Part shown: in pieces, positions 54,728-64,000 of the stretch
Position numbering within the stretch: the stretch's first letter is position 1
How the letters are laid out: every line of letters begins with the position of its first letter
Source of the DNA: the human T2T-CHM13v2.0 reference genome, Homo sapiens
DNA: 64,000 nt
Assembly (NCBI RefSeq): GCF_009914755.1
Contig: NC_060946.1
Strand: one strand, 5' to 3'
Notes under the pieces: generated by a model
Told to the model about the DNA's origin: nothing
Seen by the model: only the letters and a program-made list of their open reading frames with translations
The model's database searches: none
Translations under genes and position numbers: made by a program

Positions 54728-57112
54728 GTTTGTCCATGAAGCTCTGGGTACCTCCAAGGATTCTGTTAAAGACCAAATGAAACCCATTTTTTCACCCACT
54801 CAACAAATGTATATGAACATCTCCCATGTGTTAGACATTTGACTGGACACCTTGATAGAGCTAGGAAGGAGGGAAAGTCCCTGTCCTTACACAAGGTCTC
54901 CAGGCCGATAGAGGGAGACAGACCACAAGCAAGCTTGTCACACATGAAGTGCTACGGATATGAAGCAGAAGGAGGTGACAGTGATGGAGGTTAAGCATGG
55001 GCTCTATTTGCCTAAGTGGTCAAGGAAGAATTCCATGGAAGGGGATGTTGGACTCTAGATCTGAATGATTTGCTGTAATCTATATGCAGATCTGGTGGAA
55101 AGAGTAGATATGGCAGGTGCCGAGGTCCTGGGACAATGTGAGATAATATTTGTCAGTCCAGGACAAAATTTAAAGATTTCTACACCCGAGAGCACCTGGT
55201 GTTATTACTTGCTTATAATGTTGTTTGGCTTGGTTAATGGACAATGGTAACTGTAAATGGATTTATGATTAAGCCAACAGAACCTACTCTTCTTCCCATG
55301 TTGATAACCCAAGTTGAGCCTGAGATGGCTCATGTGGGGATGTGGAATGAAGTTTGAGAGGAGGCCATCTCTTTTCTGCTTCTTCTCATCTTCCCTGTAA
55401 GATTGTGTCCATTCTCCCCACATTAAAGTGTCAACCGTGGAGTTGGCCACGGAGAAGGCAGAAGCCTTGCTCCTTGCAGGAAGGACCACATCCACACAAG
55501 AGTTAAGAGAGGCTGGGCTGAGATACACCTTGAGCCTATGCTCCTCCTATGCAAAAGACTGTAAGGGGGAGAAGAAATGACACACACGTGCCTGATGTCT
55601 CATTCATGTCTTGCGAGAGCAAGCTGTCTGACCTCTCTTGCTGGCAGCAACAATGAGTAGAACAGCAGAAGTGAAAAATTGGAGAGCTGTGGGCTGGTTG
55701 GGAATATCAGGGACTTCCCTGTAGAAATTCCTTCCCACCGAGCTGACATTTGAAGCAGTCATTAATCACGAACTGTCAGGTTGGATTTGCCATGCATCGG
55801 CTGTTGGGGGAGATGTGCGGGGATGAGATGAACATCTTCAGCATCCAGAGCTGCAGTTTACAGGACACTTGGAGAAGGAAGGGTGGGGGCTCAGGCTTCT
55901 GCACCCTGAACCAAGCAAACAAATGCCAACACCTACAGAATATTCTGCTCAGCCTCTTTAACTCTTTGCTTATATCATGGTTACAACAAGATGTATGGGG
56001 CCTTGAAAAATTAAGATAAAATTTAAAAGTGAAGAAAGCCAGAGCAAAGGGAAATAAGAGTTGATGAGTGTATGAAGCCAGGGGAAGAGGTAGAAAATGG
56101 AAATCTACCTTTGGCCTTGGATGCCCTCTCACTTCATAGCCTTCACATGTGCTGTTCACTCTGCCTGAAACACTCCCTTCATCCTCTTCACCTGGTTAAT
56201 ACCTCTTCATCCCTTGTCACTCATTTTAGGTGGCACTTCCTCTAAGAAGCCCTCTTCAACACCCTAAGGGTGGGTTAGGGCCCTACTCTGTGCTACCACT
56301 AGCCTTGTTGTTTCCCCTCACAGGATTAATTGACTCTTTCCTAGTGACCTCCTGTATCTGTGTCCCAGCTAGACTGAAACCCCTAAAACAGGGATCAGTA
56401 ATCCCTGTTTTCATCCCTGTTCATCAAATAATCCCAGTCCCTGGCACAGGATAGATAAAGAATGGTCAAATAGAACCATTAAAGTTGGGCAGAAAAATCC
56501 AACACTGAACTTCCTAGCAGCGAAAGCTAAGAGGGAAACAAGCTATTTCATAGACATATTGCATGTAGATTGAAAAAAAAAAAAAGAAACACCTGTTACA
56601 TGAGATAAGAGTAACTTTTCTGGCTATTGAGGTGTTAGGGAAATTTATTCCATGGATTCTCATAAAAGGGGCACTGAGGGATTTAGCAAAGTATGACTTC
56701 AGCAATATTCACACAGTAATTGAGAAGGGATGGGTAGGAGCACTTTTGGAGCATCATCCTGAACTGTAAGCCAAGAGCATGATGTCATTTCTTTCAAAAA
56801 TGAATCAATTGAAATCAAAGCAGTGCTTTATCCAGGAAGCACGTTTGATGACTGAGTATTATGATGACTTTATCTTCCTCAAATCTTTCTCTTCCTTCCC
56901 ACTTCATCTTCCCCAACTTCCAGTGCTGCTACTGGTTTATGTCGGTCACTTTTACATTAAAAAATTTTTAAATAGTTTTAGAGCGTACAATGGCAGTTTT
57001 TTTACATGGATGTATTGCATAGTGATGAAGTCTGGGCTTTTAGTGCAACTACCACCCAAATAGTGTGCCTTATATTCATGAGGTCATTACTCTTTTTTAA
57101 TTAGTTAATTAA

Positions 57113-57406
57113 TTTTTATTTTTATTTTTTGAGACAGAATCTCCCTCTTTTGCCCAGGCTGGAATGCAGTAGAGTAAACACAGCTCACTGCAGCCTCAAC
57201 CTCCTGGGCTAAAGCGAACCTCCTACTTCAGCCTCCCATGTAGCCAGGACCACAGGCGTGCATCACCATGCCTGGCTGTTTTTTTTCAATTTTGGTAGAG
57301 ATGGGGGTCTCACTTTGTTGCCCAGGTTGGTCTCCAATTCCTGGGCTCAAGCGATCCTCCTGCCTTGGCCTCCCAGAGTGCTGGCGTGAACCATTGCACC
57401 AGACCT
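57113..57406 (-). mobile_element. AluJ, preceded by a short L1 3' tip (~56955-57095)
   Basis: CACTGCAGCCTCAACCTCCTGGGCT and CTGGGCTCAAGCGATCCTCC diagnostics. Confidence 0.9.
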
Positions 57407-57574
57407 GTAATTACACTTTAAAGAGCATTCCAGTCACCTGGGGAACAGTTAGCTCTGTATCTTCCCCAGTCCACCTCCTGAGGGTCTGACCCAAGAGGAG
57501 GTTCTTGGTATGGGGGGTAGGGAGCCCTCCAGCCCCTAGGCAATCCTGATTCAGAGGGTGAGGTTGCTTTAGAG

Positions 57575-57758
57575 CAGTGGTTCTCACACTTGCAAATGTG
57601 TCAGAATGCCCTGTAAGACTTCTCCGAATACAGATTGCTAGACTCCAGCCTTAGAGATTCTGAATCAGTAGGCTTGGCGTGGCCTTGGGGAGGCTGTATT
57701 TCTAACATGCTAGAGTGCTAAAGGTGCCTGTCCTGGGACCACACTTTGAGACACATTA
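57575..57758. mobile_element. MER5A
   Basis: CAGTGGTTCTCA...GATTCTGAATCAGTAGG...GGGACCACACTTTGAGA. Confidence 0.8.
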
Positions 57759-60700
57759 GGCCAGAGAACAGCTAGAAGATATCTTCTTCCATGTGCATCT
57801 GCTTCCTTGGAAGGGAATTTCTGTTAACAGACAGGGATCAGACACCCTTCCAGGACCATGCATCATGATGACACCCCTGCTGCGGTTCGTGGCCTCTGCA
57901 TGCCACCCCTTTGTCTCTGGAGGGGGAGAAACAGTAATATAAACATTGCTAAAACGTGTCGTGTCTCGTCAGTGAAAACTCCATTTGACTAGGCTTATTA
58001 AAAAGACATCACTATTGCAAAATGATTTAAGTGCTTCATTTGTGAAGGAGCAGAAGAGGAGATGAGGAGCCTCTAAGAATCTGGCTATAAATACTCTTCA
58101 AGCATGCAAAATGTGCCTTGATGCAAACTGGGGTTTTTTTATTTTCATAAGAAGGCAGTGCTGGCCTTCTTGTTGGAAGCACCTGTAAGGTTTTGGGACC
58201 ACATGGGATATAAAATGAGGTGGGGTGTTTTTCCACCCCTCTCTGGAATAGGTTCTGGATTTTCCCCCCAAGACCTTATTTATGGCAAAAGACAGGCCCA
58301 TGCACTCCTCATTTCTGGCCTCATTAGCCTGAGAGGTTTCGCTTTTGGTAAGAAATTGTGGAGACAATCCACTGACGGGGACTGCAGATGTATGTAGGTC
58401 AGAAAGTCTATTTGCAAAGTGCTGAGGGAGTTTGATCATGGGTCATGAGTGTGGCTTCCAGCTTGTCTCTAGCAGGAGGTAGGAAAGTGACTTGTTGGGG
58501 TCACATGGTCACTGGTAACTGAGCCCAGACCACATCCCAGGTCTCCTGACTCCTCGCTCCATAGTCCTGCCACAGCATCATGCTTCTGTGAGGAACTGGA
58601 CTGGTAGCTCCCTAATCCCCGGGGGAAATTAGACAGCCTGGTTTCTTATCTGTCTTAGGCTATTAGGATCTGTTGAGCCTTCACTGTTGGGACATGCTAG
58701 GGAGTATCTCCTGGTGGACAGTGGAAGAGACATGGTGGTCATATTCATAGATGGTCCTGGTGGAAGAAACTAAGGCCTCTCAGCTAAAGAACAGCTGGTG
58801 TATTCTTTCTGACTGTGTGCCTCAGTTTGCCCATACAAAACCGAGTCCATAATCTCTTCTCTACCTGCCTTGTAACACAGATGAATAATCTGGGCACTGT
58901 ACAAGGTAAGGAATGAATGCAGTGACCTGACCTTGTATGTCCAGTTTGGAGGGGCAGAGGGTCGAGCCAGCTTGAGTTCCAGATGGCTGACTCTGTACCT
59001 TCATTGCTACAAGATTGTGGGCAAATTCTTCAAGTCTCTTAGCCTTTGTTTCATCATCAGTAAAATGGCAATGGTAATCATTACTTCATCTTGATAAGCC
59101 TGTGGGGAGAAGGTGCATGTAAAACAGTTATAACACTGCGTGCTATCTAGCAAGCCACATCACCACTATTACCAATAAATATATTTTTTAGATGTTTACC
59201 CTCCCCCCAGTAGAGTGAATTCCTCAAAGAAAATGACATATCGTAGACAGTTTTATACCCTTCTGTGTCTAGTACAAAGCATTCAATGCAAATTCAGTGA
59301 ATGGAGTCATACTGAATTTAATTAGAAAAATTACATTTAATGAGTGATGTTCTGTGCCAGCTGCTGCGATAAGTCCTCTCAGCATTGTGAGCATTTACCT
59401 GCATTATCTAATTTTACCTTTAACTGAAACTGTGAAGAAGGTGTTAGTATCCCCATCTTACAGATGAGGCAAGGGAAGCCCAGAGAGCTGAAGTGATTTG
59501 TCCTACATCACTCAGCTGGTGAATGGCAGAACTGTGATTTGAACCCAGGGCTGGTCAACTCCAAACAGACTGTGATTGAGGAGAAGCATCTACTCAGGTG
59601 GGAAATGGGGTCAGGGAGGGCTTCACGGGGGAGAAGTCATGAAGGATAAGCAGGAGCCGGCCAGGTGACAAGGTGAGGGGACATTCCAGGTACAGGGCAC
59701 AGCAAGAGCAGAGGCGGAGAGCAGAACCTGGTCTGGCAGGTGCAATTCTGGTGGTTGGAGTGTCTTGTATGGGGATGTGTTTGTGTTTGGGGGGTTGAGG
59801 GGTTGCCTATGGGTTAGAGATGAGGCATGAAGCCGGACTGGATCGCAGGGGGTCAGGAGAATCACATTCGAGGTTTGGACTTCATCCTGAAGGGGAGGGC
59901 AGGACCAAAGGACATTTTCAAAAAGAGGTATGTGGGTGTCATGATCTTAGGATTATTTCCTCTTTGTGCTGAAACACTTGGGGGGCCCTAATGGCCCTTG
60001 AAACCCCCTTATAAAGCCCCTGAAAGGCCATAACTGTCCCTTCATTCTAGAGGGACCCCCAAGGCCAGTGGGTGGTGTGTCACCCTCCTATGCCCAGCTC
60101 AGAGGCATAACCTTTCTCCTGGCATTCTTACAAGATTGACCCATTCCCACTGACATCCAGAGCCTATAGAGCCTTCCCATGTATGAATTGCTGTCATGCA
60201 CTTGTTAGTTCAGTCAACCCGTATTCATTGAGTCCTCAAGAGTCAGTTTGGCAGAGTGGTTAAGTAGCCACCACCTGGCTGGTGTCCTTCGGTGAGCGTT
60301 TGCACCTTGGTGCCTCAGTTTCCCCATCTGCCACCTCGAGACAACATCAGTACCCACTTCTCAGCATTTTGAGCATTCTGTGGGCAAACCTGTGCATGTG
60401 GTAAGCACTATCTGTGGTGGCGATGGTTATTATTATGGTTATTATATGTTACTTAGTAGCGAGTGGTGAACCCAGCTGGGATGCACAGCAGAGGGCTGGA
60501 ACTGGTGTCCAACAGGCATCTCTGGGGAACCCGGGAGCCTGCCACTAAGCTGCAGATTTATTTTGAATTTCCCCTGCTGACTGAGGCAGCTCTGGGGGCA
60601 GTACCATGAGACTGAAGCCATGGCTTAATCTCCTTGACGAACATCCCACAAGCCAGCTGGTGCTGCAGTTGGGCTGGCCCTGTATCTACTGCCTCATTTT

Positions 60701-62482
60701 GTCTTTTCTTCACTCAGGTTGAAGGGGGTGGGAGTGGGGGCTTCCCTTCCACTGGGCATCCACCTAGGCTCTCTTTGGCCAAAGTGTCCAGCAAGGGTGG
60801 TTGAGGTCCAGATCTTACTTGGTCTTTGATCTGTACCCACTGGCTACTTAATCTCAGCTCTCTGGGCTATGGCTGCCTGGTTTGTTCTAGGTGGATAATT
60901 GCTTTACTAACCTCCAGATGCCAGAGGGGTGAGGGAGGTCAAAGAAAGGGTCAGATGGTAGATGTGGGACAGAAAATAGTGGGGTTGTTGTGAGCCAGGT
61001 GCTGGGAATCAGGCAGCCCAAGCTGGGCTACCTCTGCTACTTACCAGCTATGATCCTAAGCAAATCACTCCCTCTCTCAACTCCCCAGTTTCCTGTTCTG
61101 TAAAAGGGGAATAACAAAAATGCCCTTCTCATAAGGTATTTGAAGGGCTTAAGGCAAATGACATATGCCAAATGCTTAGGGCATACCTATCCTCAGCATT
61201 TCAAGAGTGTGAGCTGTTTCTCACCCAAGGGGTTATAATGAACAGATCTTTCTGTGCAAATTGCAAAGCATGGGAGGAGAGCAAAAAGTTGCTGTTTCCT
61301 GCTGTCTGCAGGTCAGATGGTTTTTGGGCTTGACAGTCTATGAATATAAGAGCTGAGGACAGGATCAAGCCAAGACCCGTGTGTGCCCCTGTGGTTTGTT
61401 TGTCTCTCTGACTGGCCAGTGGGGTCCTTCAGAACAGGACCTGGCACACAGTAAGTGCTCACATAGTGCTTGTTGGATCCGTGAAGAACAAGCAACAGTG
61501 ACGGTCCCAAGGACCCCAGGTGTGTCCTCCAGCATTTAACATCCGTGAAATCCCAGTTACTCACTGCTCGCCCAAGCTGCAAATGAGGCCAGTGCACAGG
61601 ATATTTTTTTTTCTGTTCCACTCCATACAAAATATACAACAAATTTATTAATTCCTGTCCCCTTCTCTCTGGCAGGCCCTTGGAGTAATTGTCCCTCAAT
61701 AGAAAGAATATTTCTGTTGGTTTGGCCAAGTGGTAGATCCGGAGAGGTTTTCAAGATAATTTCTGGTTAATTGGTTCTTGAGTAATCTGCAAGGACTCTT
61801 CTGGGTTTGCAAACCAGACTCCCCCCTTCATTAAATTGGTTTTCAATTTGCAATCGCCTGACAGCTCTGAGCATGGTGCCTGCTCCTCACCTCCATCCAA
61901 AGCCCCTGTGCCCCATGGTGTGGGAAGGGATAGGGATTTATGAGGACAGGGGAAGGTCAGGGTCGCCTTGTCTCTGAGAAAAACATGTGTCATTTCCCCC
62001 AATTTGAAAAGACTAATTGTCCTTTGGGCTCCAGACTTTGGGTTCTGTGAAACTCAAAATTAATGCATCAAATTAATTGTGTGGTCCCCTTGCTCAGGCC
62101 GGTTAGCATAAATTAAATTTCACACTAATTGGCTAAGGTGGAGAGAACACAGTCCTGGTGCTTGGAATTAATGCTAATTTCAAGGATGGTGTTTGGGGTG
62201 TGACCTGGGGCATTCCTGGCTTGCACCTCCCTGTATTGTGTGGCCAGTGCAAATCAGCACTCTTGCAGCAAGAATGATTTTGCACAGCCTTAAGCAAATC
62301 TAACCCCTTCAAATCCAAGTGTGAGGCCAAAATTAGGAGGAGACCCTGGCAGTTTCCATGGCAGTAATTCCTAAATTTTTTTGTTCATAAAAATCACCCT
62401 GGAGCAGGTTGAAATGTAGATTCCTGAATTATGCTTTAGAGATCCTGGTTTGGGGGTCTGAGAGTCCTATAATTTGCATTTT

Positions 62483-62778
<296 letters not shown>

Positions 62779-64000
62779 TAGAATTTGCATTTTAACAACC
62801 ATCTGAGGTCATTGCCACATAAGTACTTCCCTGGTGCACGGTGTAAGGAACAGCAAGAGAAAGCTCCATGCTGGAGACAACCAGGAACACCCTAGGAGAG
62901 TCCCTCATTAATTAACTGGAGGTCCTGACTTGGACCTGACTGGTCTGAGTTCAAATCTCAGTTCTGCCTTTTACATGTGATGTGACTTTGCAGTGCTTCC
63001 CCCAAGCCTTCTTTCTCCTCTGCGTCTATTGAAATGTGCATTTTGGTCTCAGCAGTCGGTGATGCGGTCAACAGGGTGGGAGGCAGATGGGCTGGAGAAG
63101 TGAAACAGATGGGGAGCATGGAATGCACAGAGCAGCCTCAGATTTTGTTCACTCTTTTTGAAAGATGTTTTGTTTTCTGATTACAAAATCAGTTAAAAAA
63201 TCAACAGTACAGAAATGCATCACAAGAAAATTGGAGTTCCCTGTGAGCCCATCCTTCCAGGAAAAAAAAAAAAATCTCAATTAACAGTTTGGGAGTGCTT
63301 TGTTCTGTGCAAACAAAAATGGGATTACACCAAACATTCTATTCTGGAAATTTGCCTTTTTTTCCCCTTTGGCAATATATCTTGGGGATATATTTTTTTA
63401 TGTCAGAACATAGATCTGCGTCTTCCTTCTTCATGGGACAGCTGAATAAATTTTGAGCCTGCCTAAGCTGACAGTACCGAGAGAGGCTAGCTCGGGAAGG
63501 GCAGCTACGTTGCTCATTGTAAGAACCATTTACCTTCTCAGTAAAGATAATGCAGAGTCGCCTCTAAATATCAGTCATGATGCAGAGGGTCCGATGAAAG
63601 AGTGAGGCATTCTAACATCTTCACATGCAAAATTTACAGCAGGAGGACATGTGACCGCACCCAATTCAATGCATTTTACAGCTCAGGTGACCAAGGCTCC
63701 AGAGCAGGAGGGAATGTCCAAGGTGTTAGTTGTTGAGTCTGGACTCGAACCTTGCACCCTACCTCTTTCTTTTTTTTTTTTTTACAATTCTGCTGCCTTC
63801 CATAAGAGGTAGCCTCAGTTTTATGAGCTGCCCTTCTCCTACATAGGGTTGTTTCTCTGCCTCTTAGCCATAAACACTCCACTAATCTATTTCTCCCGTT
63901 ACGTACTCTGCCATATCCTCAAACCCTGAACGCTTCATTTTGGAACGATAATGCCACAGAAGCCCTGCTCATTTGGCATCGGTGGCTGGTCAGTTAATCA

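Noticed and set aside
58081-58290. MEF2-like CTATAAATAC and CArG-like CCTTATTTATGG
   Set aside because: Both deviate from consensus (terminal base; 8 rather than 6 A/T), too weak to call a muscle enhancer.

Overview
This window is the interior of the human (primate) MYO18B gene (unconventional myosin-XVIIIb) on the + strand. Twelve consecutive GT-AG coding exons (664-754, 3031-3223, 7172-7252, 9551-9698, 17971-18130, 20336-20519, 21666-21888, 25700-25809, 42533-42598, 48493-48621, 50391-50534, 52157-52246) total 1619 nt and splice into one uninterrupted frame. They encode the C-terminal half of the motor domain, the converter, two IQ motifs and the start of the coiled coil. From memory these are about exons 14-25 (codons ~899-1438); this numbering is unverified. 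The rest is intron rich in repeats: 21 Alus, L1, L2/MIR, MaLR LTRs, hAT and Tigger DNA transposon relics, and microsatellites. Almost all ORF-track entries are incidental. I found no new gene system. The most interesting candidates are: (1) an Alu-derived strong 5' splice site 81 nt downstream of one exon, in frame and without a stop; (2) a CAGCAG tandem acceptor; (3) pseudo-enzyme substitutions in the motor; (4) a GATA/T-box/NKX2-5 motif cluster and a homeodomain motif cluster in repeat-free intron; (5) a (UG)21-containing candidate poison exon; (6) inverted Alus around a skippable 66-nt exon; (7) two independent retro-insertions at the same position in two L1MB copies. Repeat family names were assigned by eye and need RepeatMasker confirmation.
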